A DNA stretch of 45,154 nucleotides from a virus. Shown one piece after another: positions 1-8,456 of the stretch (position 1 is the first letter of the stretch; each line of letters starts with the position of its first letter). The notes beneath the pieces are model-generated. The model did not search any database. It was not told the DNA's origin and saw only the letters and a list, made by a program, of their open reading frames with translations. The stretch is from IMG/VR virus record IMGVR_UViG_3300045988_160052; one strand, given 5' to 3'. A program made the translations under genes and the position numbers.

Positions 1-55
1 AAAATTCCGACACCTTACAAGGAGATATTAATTGCACTTGTGAACCGAAAAGAGG
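1..55. repeat. 55-bp terminal direct repeat, identical to 45100..45154 (circular-assembly overlap or terminal redundancy)
   Basis: Compared base by base: aaaattccgacaccttacaaggagatattaattgcacttgtgaaccgaaaagagg occurs at both window ends. Confidence 0.95.
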
Positions 56-180
56 GATACGAGGCGATGGATTATCTTGCCGAGAATTACAGCATCCACA
101 TGGGATATTGGACTTATGGAAGAAGACTAAAAGAATCTCTTCAGATGTTCCGGAAATCCAATCTTGAATTTGATAAATGA
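1..180 (+). CDS. 3' part of a junction-spanning small ORF (starts at 45019; 86 aa once circularised), unknown function
   Basis: The frame that begins at pos 1 (KIPTPYKEILIALVNRKEGYEAMDYLAENYSIHMGYWTYGRRLKESLQMFRKSNLEFDK*) continues the ORF starting at ATG 45019. The TGA stop is at 178..180 and a terminator follows. Confidence 0.5.
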   Translation, partial: KIPTPYKEILIALVNRKEGYEAMDYLAENYSIHMGYWTYGRRLKESLQMFRKSNLEFDK

Positions 181-193
181 TTTTTTTGTTGAC

Positions 194-217
194 AACGCTC
201 TTTATGGGCGTTTTTTT
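194..217 (+). terminator. Intrinsic terminator after the junction-spanning ORF
   Basis: Stem AACGCTC/GGGCGTT (one G-U pair), 5-nt loop, then a T7 run. Confidence 0.6.
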
Positions 218-307
218 GTGCCAAAAATATGCCAATTATCTGCTAAGACATAAAGAATAAAACCCTTTAAGATTTGAGTATAAAAAATTTTTTAGGGGGT
301 TTTTATC

Positions 308-3300
308 ATGATACCCATTCGGCAATTTGACACACTTTTACAAACACAATCCTTAAACAATAAACTTTTTCAAACATTGGTGCAAGGCTCTGAGGATACC
401 GCCATTAAAGCGACAATTCAGCAAGATGGCAAAAACATTCAAATTGAAACTGGGGCGGATATAGAATTGTCTATTCTTTACAACGGCGGAACAACCCAGA
501 CCTACCACACCGACCAAGCAAAATCAGACTTTCCGGCAACCATAGAAAGCGATGGCACGCTCATTATTAAATTTAACGAGATGATGACCACTGTTTTTGG
601 CACGCACAAGCTATTTTTGAAGATTGTGGATACAAACACCTCATACGCTCTTGCCATGGATTATACGGTCATTAAAAACGAAGCCTACAATCCGCAAGCA
701 ACCCCAAACAACCTGCCGGCATATAATTCCCTTGTGGCCGAACTCCCCAAAAAGCTAAACAAGGATTTTTCAAACGCTGATGATGTGGCATTAAAAAACA
801 AACTTTCCACTTTGGGAATTGGTGCCGATGAAACACCGGAGCAAATCAGAGATAAGCTCCAAACCCTCAAAGCCGATGACAGATTGGATAGCTCAGCGGT
901 CAAGGATTGTTTAACAACTGACCTTGCAGACGTTGACCTTGACAAGTTGGATGAGAAGTTTCAAGCAACCGACAGCGGAAAGATTTTGCAACAAAACTCT
1001 CAAGCAATTGGCACAAAGGCAAATGCTGATTTGAGCAATGTTTCTAATGAAGATTTGGACAGTCTTCTTGTTCAGACCGACATGGGCAAGCAAATTTTAG
1101 ACAACACAAAGCAAGTGCAAACAAAACTTGATACGGACATGGGCAACGTCAATACTCTTTTATTCTCCCGTGAGATGAAATTGACTGGAGCATATCAAGA
1201 CCTTGCAAACAGACCAAGCGGACAAGGCAGAACAGCAGAGCAAATCAAAGCCTTGTTTGAAGCTAATCGCTTTGAAGAACAAGCAGCGGTTGATTTTTCC
1301 GACCCTCAATTCTCATCCACAACCCTATATATGGCTTATCAATTTACAACAAACAACCAAACAATAACGCAAGAATTGCCATCTGTTGCAGACGGTCAAA
1401 TCATTATGGTTGAAGCCTTGCTATCTTCTGGCATTACAAACCCCACTTTGACATTTACAGCCAAAGCAGGCGACAATATTCAAGGCTCAAGCACACCTTT
1501 CTCTATTTCCGGTAAAAGTGGCTATCTTGGTTATTTTATCCCCTTGCAAAACGAAAACGCTTGGCAATTTATACCTCATGAAATTAGCCACGAGTTTAGC
1601 CTTGCGGTATCTGATGATAAGGGCAATGTGCATATCGGTATTAACTCGGTACAGTTCAAAAAAGCAACCGTAACGGAAAACGGCGGAATATTAGAGGTTG
1701 AGCCGGACGCTCAAACCGGCGGCACATCAAACACAACCTTTACCGATTTTGAGGGGCGGACTTTTACAAGCAACAAAATCCAATCTTTAGACAAGTCCTT
1801 GCGAATATCTAACCTTTCAGGCGTTGCGGACTTGTCAAAAGGGCTTACAGACCATAACGAGGGTATTCACGCCGTATTAGGCAGCGACCAGCTTATAAAC
1901 TCAAAATTCGGGCGTTCTAAACTTTACTTTGGTGATATTCGGGTAAAGGGCGGAAGTTCTGTTTATGAAGACAAAGACACAAAGTCTTACGTTGTGCAAG
2001 ATACAGACCCACAGGACGACCCAAACATAAGCGGCGGCACGACCTTTATTTGCGGGCTTTATTATGAGCCGACTACAACAACTCAAAACACCGTAACGCA
2101 AGACGGCGCAATAAGGCTTGAATTGGTGGACGATACCGACACGCCGATAACCGGCAATGACGGCAACCCGATAGCGGTTCAAATTGACTACAAAGCAGGC
2201 GACACAATCAAGCCGGAATTTTATGTCGGCGAGTTTCAAGCAAAAGCCTTTACAAGAGTTCACCTCAAAATTGAGCCGGTTTTTGCAAATGAAGAAGTTA
2301 TCCCCGTTGGCGCAAATACTCAAATTTGCTTGCAATCCATAACCAAAGATGAAAGTTCGGGACTTGCACTGCTTTCCTTTATGGCGTTTACAGGCTACAA
2401 AATCGGGTTTGACACGCTTTATTATGGTTTTAATTCCTTAAACTTGGCGAGGTTTTTAGTCTTTGACCAACCACAAGAAACCGTAAGCGGAGAAATGCCG
2501 CTTGGCGATAATACCTTTATAAATTTTGCCACAAATTCAGAGGTGCAAGTATCCGGCTATAATCTTATTATTGAAAATACAGGTCTAGAATTGCCGGTTT
2601 GGAATATTTACAAGGTTTACAGCGAGTACGATTGCCAAAACATAGGCGGTAAAAATGCACTTGTAACCGTAACTTTAACCGACAAGGACAACGCCTTTGA
2701 TGTTTCCTTGCTTGAATATACTGGAACGCAACCGGCACCGCAACCTAAATTGTTGTCATATAATAACACAGTGCCGGTATTTGCGGCAGGTTGGAGCGTG
2801 ATTGACACGATGTTTATTTCCGAAGATGTCGTATCAGGCGAGCATAAGCAATCTAAAACTTTCACTTTGCCAACAAATGCAAAAGGGCTTGCAATTAGCT
2901 TATACCCTAACAATTCGCAAAGCCCGACAACCTTAAAATTAAAAGACTTTGAGGCGGATATAACACCTTGGTTTAACCGAGTGATGATAACCGACAATTC
3001 GCATATCAGCGAGCAGTATTTGCGCAACCTTGATTATGTTTATCGGAGTATTGTTGCCGTACCTGCCGGATATGCAAGCTATCGCTACACCGTAAACAGC
3101 GCAAAAACAAAACTGCCGGTTGGGGTGTTCAGCGGCGGCGATAACAAAATTGTCAACGATAACTCATGGACGGACGCCGGAAGTACCGACCCAAACAAAA
3201 CGCAAGGCGATATTAAGTTCTTGGCTGACGGCATTGTAACAATAAACTATCAGGCGCAATGCTATAATGAGCAAGGAACGATTAACAACGTTGAGTTTTG

Positions 3301-3679
3301 GCTTGAAAAAGTGTCGGACAGCTCAGAAGTGGCAGGCTCGCACTATGCGACCACGATTGAGGCACAACGGACAACACCAAAGAATATCACAAGCCCGAAG
3401 TTTACATTTAGCGTAAAGGCAAATGAAACCTACCGATTTTATGGAAAATCAAACAAAGATGACGGCTTTTATTTGCAGACTTCAACCGTTGCAAACCCCC
3501 TTATTCGTTTTGATTATGAATTTGAGGAATTGTCGGAAGTTATAAAATTGGCGTTAGATGATGCCTTTTCAAAAACCAATGAGATAAAGTTTGTCAAAGC
3601 GGACGGAGAGGAAGTAACAAACAAAATCCTTGTCTATAACGTAGATGACGGGAAATTCAAACTTGAGGACAACGCATAA
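308..3679 (+). CDS. Giant tail fibre / receptor-binding protein (1123 aa)
   Basis: Longest ORF. GGGGG RBS upstream. In the circular map it lies just downstream of the fibre/assembly genes. The N-terminal part has about 4 copies of a K-x-D-[FLM]-[SAG]-[ND]-V fibre-like repeat. The rest is T/N/G/S-rich, consistent with beta structure. Confidence 0.6.
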   Translation: MIPIRQFDTLLQTQSLNNKLFQTLVQGSEDTAIKATIQQDGKNIQIETGADIELSILYNGGTTQTYHTDQAKSDFPATIESDGTLIIKFNEMMTTVFGTHKLFLKIVDTNTSYALAMDYTVIKNEAYNPQATPNNLPAYNSLVAELPKKLNKDFSNADDVALKNKLSTLGIGADETPEQIRDKLQTLKADDRLDSSAVKDCLTTDLADVDLDKLDEKFQATDSGKILQQNSQAIGTKANADLSNVSNEDLDSLLVQTDMGKQILDNTKQVQTKLDTDMGNVNTLLFSREMKLTGAYQDLANRPSGQGRTAEQIKALFEANRFEEQAAVDFSDPQFSSTTLYMAYQFTTNNQTITQELPSVADGQIIMVEALLSSGITNPTLTFTAKAGDNIQGSSTPFSISGKSGYLGYFIPLQNENAWQFIPHEISHEFSLAVSDDKGNVHIGINSVQFKKATVTENGGILEVEPDAQTGGTSNTTFTDFEGRTFTSNKIQSLDKSLRISNLSGVADLSKGLTDHNEGIHAVLGSDQLINSKFGRSKLYFGDIRVKGGSSVYEDKDTKSYVVQDTDPQDDPNISGGTTFICGLYYEPTTTTQNTVTQDGAIRLELVDDTDTPITGNDGNPIAVQIDYKAGDTIKPEFYVGEFQAKAFTRVHLKIEPVFANEEVIPVGANTQICLQSITKDESSGLALLSFMAFTGYKIGFDTLYYGFNSLNLARFLVFDQPQETVSGEMPLGDNTFINFATNSEVQVSGYNLIIENTGLELPVWNIYKVYSEYDCQNIGGKNALVTVTLTDKDNAFDVSLLEYTGTQPAPQPKLLSYNNTVPVFAAGWSVIDTMFISEDVVSGEHKQSKTFTLPTNAKGLAISLYPNNSQSPTTLKLKDFEADITPWFNRVMITDNSHISEQYLRNLDYVYRSIVAVPAGYASYRYTVNSAKTKLPVGVFSGGDNKIVNDNSWTDAGSTDPNKTQGDIKFLADGIVTINYQAQCYNEQGTINNVEFWLEKVSDSSEVAGSHYATTIEAQRTTPKNITSPKFTFSVKANETYRFYGKSNKDDGFYLQTSTVANPLIRFDYEFEELSEVIKLALDDAFSKTNEIKFVKADGEEVTNKILVYNVDDGKFKLEDNA

Positions 3680-3996
3680 TGACACAGCAAATTGTAACTT
3701 TTGATGATGAAAAGATTGCAGCCGGAAAGTTCTATGCAATCTTTGTGAACAAAGACAACGCCCCTTTGCTTTTGGAGATTGACCACGTCATAGGGCTAAA
3801 ACACGAGTTTGCAAACATCAGATATTTGGAGTTTGAAACCAACATCAGCAATCCGAGCGTGCAGGTCTTTGAGAAACTATCGGACAATGTTTTCAAAAAA
3901 ATTGAGTGCGACATCAAGGTAAAAAACCTAGAAAGCACCCGAATTATTATGATTGAAACATCAAAACCGATGACCGGATACGTCATCATAAAATAG
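3679..3996 (+). CDS. Hypothetical protein (105 aa), coupled to the giant fibre gene
   Basis: ATG overlaps the upstream stop (TAATG). I recognise no motif. Confidence 0.55.
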   Translation: MTQQIVTFDDEKIAAGKFYAIFVNKDNAPLLLEIDHVIGLKHEFANIRYLEFETNISNPSVQVFEKLSDNVFKKIECDIKVKNLESTRIIMIETSKPMTGYVIIK

Positions 3997-4006
3997 GAGA
4001 AATTAA

Positions 4007-4600
4007 ATGGTAAAAAATATTTATACAGATTATGAATTTAATGGCGGAAAAATCTCCGGCATTGCCGATGGTGTAAATGCATCTGATGCCGTAAATAAAA
4101 GCCAGCTCGATGCACAAGACACCGCCTTGCGTGCCTATATTGATGCCGAGATTTTAGGCTTGGGTGCATTTGTTGACGAGTTAGACCCCTCTCTTGGTTT
4201 GCCAACGGCAGGCTCAGGTGCGGCAGGTGCAATTGACGGCGGCGACTGGTGGTATATTTCTGCAGAGGGAACATTGCTTGGTATCCCTGTTCACAAAGGC
4301 GACCGCTTGCAGGCAATGGTTGACAACCCGGACACGGCAGACAACACCGCAGCCAATACAGATTGGAAAGTTTTGCACAGCTATCACGAAGCAGACAGCC
4401 GCTTTTCAATTGACAACTTGGCATTGGTAGCCAACACACCGTCAACTGTAAACCATGGACTTGGATATAAGTTTGTTCACGTTTCTGTGGCAGATGCAAC
4501 AGGCGATGCCGTTGATGTTCAAGTCAACTACGTTGATGAAAACAATCTCACTTTGACAGCAAACACATCCGTTACTGTAAGTGGTGTTGTTTCTATCTAA
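4007..4600 (+). CDS. Short tail-fibre-like structural protein (197 aa)
   Basis: AGGAGA RBS. The N-terminal motif GIADGVNASDAVNKSQLD is typical of fibre/baseplate-attachment N-termini. The C-terminus is beta-rich. Confidence 0.55.
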   Translation: MVKNIYTDYEFNGGKISGIADGVNASDAVNKSQLDAQDTALRAYIDAEILGLGAFVDELDPSLGLPTAGSGAAGAIDGGDWWYISAEGTLLGIPVHKGDRLQAMVDNPDTADNTAANTDWKVLHSYHEADSRFSIDNLALVANTPSTVNHGLGYKFVHVSVADATGDAVDVQVNYVDENNLTLTANTSVTVSGVVSI

Positions 4601-4611
4601 GGAGAAAAGCA

Positions 4612-5976
4612 ATGGGAGCAAAAATTAACTGGCATGTAGAAAAAAGAAAAATCTCGGATCTCATCCCCCACAAAGACAATCCGAGAATTTTCACCGAAAA
4701 GGGCATGAAAGATTTGGATAAGTCAATCAACAAGATTGGCATGGCCCAACCAATCAATATCACCCCGGACGGTATTATTCTCTCCGGTCATGCCAGAATT
4801 GAAGCTCTCAAAGGTCAGGGAGTGGCAGAGGTTGACTGCTATGTCCCTGACCGCTCCCTTTCCGAGAAAGAACAAAAAGAAGTCCTTGTCCGGATGAATG
4901 CCAACATTGCCGGAATTTGGGATAATGACAAGTTATCCACAATTTTTAATTTTGATGATTTGGCAGACTGGGGCATGGACAACCTCTCCGAAATTTTTGG
5001 AGAAATACCGGAGCCTGAAATTGAAGAAGACAACTTTGTTGAGCCGGAGCCGGAAGAAGTAGAAGAAATAAAAACCGACATCGAGCAAGGCGATTTGTTT
5101 ATTCTTGGCGAGCATCGCATTCTTTGCGGCGATAGCACCAACCAAAAAGACGTGGCCATGCTTATGGGCGGAGATGACATAAAAGCCGACATGGTGCATA
5201 CAGATCCACCATATGGAGTAAGCTATAAAGGAACCAATAACCCAAACGGCAAAGAATGGGAAATCATCAAAAACGATAAGCTTCGGGGTGATACGCTATT
5301 TTTATTTTTGCTTGAAGCGAGTAAAAACATTAAACGCTTTCTAAAGCCTGATGGTGCGTTTTATATGTGGTATGCCAACAGCAACCACATGCAATTTGAA
5401 AACGCAATCAGAGGGGCGGAATTAAAGCCTAAGCAAGTCATAATCTGGGATAAAGGGATGGTGCTTGGTCATAGCGATTATCACTGGGCATACGAGCCTT
5501 GCTTTTATGGATGCCATGAGGGGAAAAACTGCAAATGGTGTGGAGATAGATCTCAACAGACATTCTGGGCATTTAATCGCAAAGAACTAACCGAGATGAA
5601 AAAGGATGAAATTCTAAGCCTTTTGAAAAATCTTCAAGAGGGCCGCACTTGTTGGCGAATTAAGCGAGATAGTGCAATGGAATACATCCACCCCACGCAA
5701 AAGCCTATAGCTTTGTCGGCAAAGGCAATAAAGAACAGCTCTCAACCCGGTGATGTTGTATTGGATTTATTTGGTGGATCCGGATCAACCATGATGGCTT
5801 GCGAACAAATGCACAGAAAAGCCAGATTGATGGAACTTGATCCGAAATATGTTCATGTTGAAATATGCCGTTGGGTAAAATATACCGGCAAAGATGTATA
5901 TCGCATCAGATCCGGAAAAAAGGAAATTTACAAAATTTTTGAACAAGAAATTGATAATTTGGCCGTGAAAGATTAG
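4612..5976 (+). CDS. ParB-like N-terminal domain fused to an N6-adenine/N4-cytosine DNA methyltransferase
   Basis: ParB-N-like segment (HKDNPRIF...ILSGHARIEAL). Acidic linker. MTase motifs TDPPYG, HPTQKP and LDLFGGSGST in beta-class order. Confidence 0.85.
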   Translation: MGAKINWHVEKRKISDLIPHKDNPRIFTEKGMKDLDKSINKIGMAQPINITPDGIILSGHARIEALKGQGVAEVDCYVPDRSLSEKEQKEVLVRMNANIAGIWDNDKLSTIFNFDDLADWGMDNLSEIFGEIPEPEIEEDNFVEPEPEEVEEIKTDIEQGDLFILGEHRILCGDSTNQKDVAMLMGGDDIKADMVHTDPPYGVSYKGTNNPNGKEWEIIKNDKLRGDTLFLFLLEASKNIKRFLKPDGAFYMWYANSNHMQFENAIRGAELKPKQVIIWDKGMVLGHSDYHWAYEPCFYGCHEGKNCKWCGDRSQQTFWAFNRKELTEMKKDEILSLLKNLQEGRTCWRIKRDSAMEYIHPTQKPIALSAKAIKNSSQPGDVVLDLFGGSGSTMMACEQMHRKARLMELDPKYVHVEICRWVKYTGKDVYRIRSGKKEIYKIFEQEIDNLAVKD

Positions 5977-6046
5977 TCCGGTTGACAAAAGTTTTAATGT
6001 AGGTTTATGCTTGTAATAGGGGATAAATTTAAACCGGAGAGTAAAG

Positions 6047-6361
6047 TTGTTTAAAGATATTGGTGATACTTTAAAAGATTATGCTATTGTGGGAACGTGT
6101 ATAGGAGGCGTATCAGTGTTAATTAAACCTTTTATATCAATAAAACAAACAATAAGAGATGCTGTTATTTCTTTTATTTTTTCAATGTTAACGGGATTGT
6201 TGCTTGAATATATTGACATTCCTTATGGCGTAAAAGTGGGATTATCAGGAACATTTGGCCTTTTTGCTGTTAGAATTTATATGATTATTGAAAGTATTTT
6301 GAAGAAAGTTGAAGAAAATCCAGAAATTGTCATGGATAAAATAAAAGATAAACTTGATTAA
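6047..6361 (+). CDS. Putative holin (104 aa, TTG start)
   Basis: GGAGA RBS 6 nt upstream of the TTG. Several hydrophobic helices and a charged C-terminus. It sits immediately upstream of the endolysin. Confidence 0.5.
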   Translation: MFKDIGDTLKDYAIVGTCIGGVSVLIKPFISIKQTIRDAVISFIFSMLTGLLLEYIDIPYGVKVGLSGTFGLFAVRIYMIIESILKKVEENPEIVMDKIKDKLD

Positions 6362-6371
6362 ATTATTTTAT

Positions 6372-6381
6372 GGGGGGGGGG
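6372..6381 (+). repeat. G10 homopolymer between holin stop and endolysin ATG
   Basis: Read directly: t gggggggggg at atg. It doubles as the Shine-Dalgarno region. Confidence 0.9.
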
Positions 6382-6383
6382 AT

Positions 6384-6848
6384 ATGGCAGAACAATACGA
6401 AATAGATAGGCTTATTTTTCACGAGGGATTAAAATTAAAACCTTATAAATGCACAGCCGGAAAATGGACAATAGGCGTGGGCAGATGTTACGAAACTAAT
6501 CCATTTACAGCCGAAGAATTAAAAGCAATTGGCGATTGGGAGCATGGAATTACAAAAAATGCAGCGTTAATGCTATTGAGAAATGACATAGCCAGTTGCA
6601 AAAAACAATTATTAGCAAAATTCCCATTTTATAAAAATTTAGATAAAGAACGCCAATATGCTTTGCTTGATATGTGCTTTCAACTGGGCATAAAAGGATT
6701 ATCAAAATTTAAAAAAATGATAAAAGCTCTTGAAAATAATAATTATGAACAAGCCAGTTCTGAATGTTTAAATTCTGATTATGCTAAACAAACACCGGCA
6801 AGGGCAAAGAGAATTGCAAATTTAATTAAAACCGGAGAATGGGCGTAA
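6384..6848 (+). CDS. Endolysin, T4-lysozyme-like (GH24)
   Basis: FHEGLKLKPYKCTAGKWTIGVGRCYE matches the GH24 E-x8-D/C-x5-T catalytic region pattern. An in-frame upstream TTG at 6354 is an alternative start. Confidence 0.85.
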   Translation: MAEQYEIDRLIFHEGLKLKPYKCTAGKWTIGVGRCYETNPFTAEELKAIGDWEHGITKNAALMLLRNDIASCKKQLLAKFPFYKNLDKERQYALLDMCFQLGIKGLSKFKKMIKALENNNYEQASSECLNSDYAKQTPARAKRIANLIKTGEWA

Positions 6849-6911
6849 AGTTTATGGGTTAACACGCTACTTCTTGTCTTCTTTACGTCCGCCTTTTAGG
6901 AGTAAAAAAAT

Positions 6912-7499
6912 ATGTGGTTAGTTTATTTTATTATTGGTGCTTTTTTAAGACGTTGGTACGGCGGAGCATTAGAGAATATACCGATATTAAAAAACCGGGG
7001 CGTGCAGACGGTGGCTATGATCGGGGCTTTTTTATCAATATACGTTACCGATATTTATGATTGGAAGAATTGGCTTATTGCGATAGCGGTTAGTTGTTGG
7101 TTGCAGTTTCAATTCTGGAGCCGCGGACACGGATGTTGTTTTGATCTCGGAAATGGCGGATATCCGGATGAAGAAACCATCAAGCGATACAATGAGCGTT
7201 GGTATCATATCCCTTGTGATTGGATGGCTGATAAAGGTTTTTATCCTTATTACGGTGTAGGTTATGACTTTACTTATATGCTCTTACGTTATACTTGCCC
7301 GATGATACCGATGATGTTCTTTGATTGGAAGTATATCTTGATTGGCTTAGCAATATCCCCGATATATCTGATATGTTGGGAGTGGTACGAATCAAAAGTA
7401 TTTCCTAAGAATATTCCGTTTGTTTCAAGAGCTACGCAAATGGCTGAAGTGCTAAGTGGTGGATTAGTATTTATGGGTTGCTATTTGTTGGGGTTGTAA
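6912..7499 (+). CDS. Trp-rich polytopic membrane protein of unknown function inside the lysis cassette
   Basis: 195 aa with several hydrophobic segments. Located between the endolysin and the spanins. Confidence 0.6.
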   Translation: MWLVYFIIGAFLRRWYGGALENIPILKNRGVQTVAMIGAFLSIYVTDIYDWKNWLIAIAVSCWLQFQFWSRGHGCCFDLGNGGYPDEETIKRYNERWYHIPCDWMADKGFYPYYGVGYDFTYMLLRYTCPMIPMMFFDWKYILIGLAISPIYLICWEWYESKVFPKNIPFVSRATQMAEVLSGGLVFMGCYLLGL

Positions 7500-7500
7500 G

Positions 7501-7794
7501 ATGATTAAGTTCTTATCTTATTTATCGGTTTTTTTAGGCTTGGTTGCATATATCTTTTACACTCTATACACTAATGCAAAAGATAAAATAACCGCACTAG
7601 AAACCGAAAAAAACGCACTTAAAGGAAATATAACATATTTGGAGAAAACCATTGAAGAGAACAACGAAGCTATATTACAAGCCAGTAAGCGAGCAGAACA
7701 ACTTGAAGAGCTGGCAAAAAAGACTAAAGATAATGTGTGGCATCATACTTTTAGCAATGATGATCCTGTCATTGCTCGGTTGCGTGAAGACTGA
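7501..7794 (+). CDS. i-spanin (Rz-like)
   Basis: N-terminal TM helix (LSYLSVFLGLVAYIFYTLY), then a coiled-coil. It overlaps the lipoprotein ORF in another frame. Confidence 0.65.
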   Translation: MIKFLSYLSVFLGLVAYIFYTLYTNAKDKITALETEKNALKGNITYLEKTIEENNEAILQASKRAEQLEELAKKTKDNVWHHTFSNDDPVIARLRED

Positions 7795-7924
7795 ATATGT
7801 TTATATTGAACCCCAAAGAGTGCCAATTACCTGCCATAGGACAGTTAAAACACCTTTGGAAATTGCACAGTGCCTTGAGATTTATAAAGAACATTACAAC
7901 AGAAAACCCACTAAAGATTTTTAG
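7733..7924 (+). CDS. o-spanin (Rz1-like outer-membrane lipoprotein)
   Basis: Internal ATG of track ORF 7652..7924 gives MCGIILLAMMILSLLGC with an L-L-G-C lipobox. It begins within the 3' end of the i-spanin gene (overlapped architecture). Confidence 0.7.
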   Translation: MCGIILLAMMILSLLGCVKTEYVYIEPQRVPITCHRTVKTPLEIAQCLEIYKEHYNRKPTKDF

Positions 7925-7930
7925 TGGGTT
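7905..7930 (+). terminator. 11-bp perfect hairpin overlapping the o-spanin stop (weak terminator; no clean T-run)
   Basis: AACCCACTAAA gatt TTTAGTGGGTT. Confidence 0.4.
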
Positions 7931-8004
7931 AATCTTTGGTATTTGGTGAGTAAAAACAGAAATTATATTATTATTTTTTTTGAAAATGTCAAGGGGGAAA
8001 TGGC

Positions 8005-8241
8005 ATGAAAGATATATATTTAGTTCATGTGGACGGATACATTGGGAGTTATTTGCCGGGGGAAAAGCCTAAAATAAATTATAAACCGCAAGAAAATTTT
8101 ATTGATTTTGTTTTGATGTTGAAGAAAAAGCATCCGGATTATAAACCTAGATGCGTGATTAATGAGGGCATAGCCGAAGCTGTCCGGAAAAAAATACAAG
8201 CGGATAAAATATTGCATATATGCCACGGAAATTGCAGATAA
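8005..8241 (+). CDS. Hypothetical protein (78 aa)
   Basis: GGGGGA RBS. Last ORF before the late/early boundary. Confidence 0.55.
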   Translation: MKDIYLVHVDGYIGSYLPGEKPKINYKPQENFIDFVLMLKKKHPDYKPRCVINEGIAEAVRKKIQADKILHICHGNCR

Positions 8242-8301
8242 TCGTTGACAATGAAAAAATATTGATTATTATAAACAGCGATACATTTCTTTAATAGGCG
8301 G

Positions 8302-8333
8302 AAGGCTTGGGCTTATTGGCTCAAGCTTTTTGT
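8302..8333 (+). terminator. Intrinsic terminator closing the late/lysis transcription unit
   Basis: GCTTGGGC ttattg GCTCAAGC (one G-U pair, flanking A-T extension), followed by TTTTTGTT. Confidence 0.7.
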
Positions 8334-8456
8334 TGATACCGCCGATATGGTATTTTCCAAAATGGAAACAACCACTCTAAAAATTAGAGGAGTTGGTGCA
8401 TTTTCTGCACATACTGAACTTGTGCAATCCTTACAAGTTGAACAATCAAGTAACAC

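Noticed and set aside
1-55. The 55-bp terminal repeat as a biological direct terminal repeat or cos-flanking sequence.
   Set aside because: An exact overlap of this length, interrupting an ORF, is what a de Bruijn assembler leaves on a circular or circularly permuted molecule. True phage termini cannot be inferred without read data.
260-304. AAAACCC/GGGTTTT pairing that could sequester the RBS of the giant fibre gene.
   Set aside because: It is only 7 bp with a 31-nt A/T-rich loop. It is thermodynamically weak and easily arises by chance.
4933-4941. Perfect DnaA box TTATCCACA, plus 8/9 matches near 20448 and 43268.
   Set aside because: These are isolated single sites inside coding regions, not clustered and not next to an AT-rich unwinding element. 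That is compatible with chance in 45 kb. The iteron array at 13591 is the better origin candidate.
5982-6017. TTGACA upstream of the holin gene as a lysis promoter.
   Set aside because: No acceptable -10 hexamer lies at 15-19 nt; the nearest, TGTAAT, is 24 nt away. The lysis genes are probably read through from upstream.
7652-7732. Long form of the o-spanin ORF starting at 7652 (90 aa).
   Set aside because: The extra 27 residues are charged and would bury the signal peptide. The internal ATG 7733 gives a canonical lipoprotein signal (MCGIILLAMMILSLLGC).
8245-8275. TTGACA...TATAAA promoter-like element right after the stop of ORF 8005..8241, which would make a ~50-nt RNA ending at terminator 8302..8333.
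   Set aside because: The hairpin is more simply the terminator of the late/lysis operon. The spacer is 17-19 nt to a poor -10, and the predicted transcript would be almost only the terminator stem.
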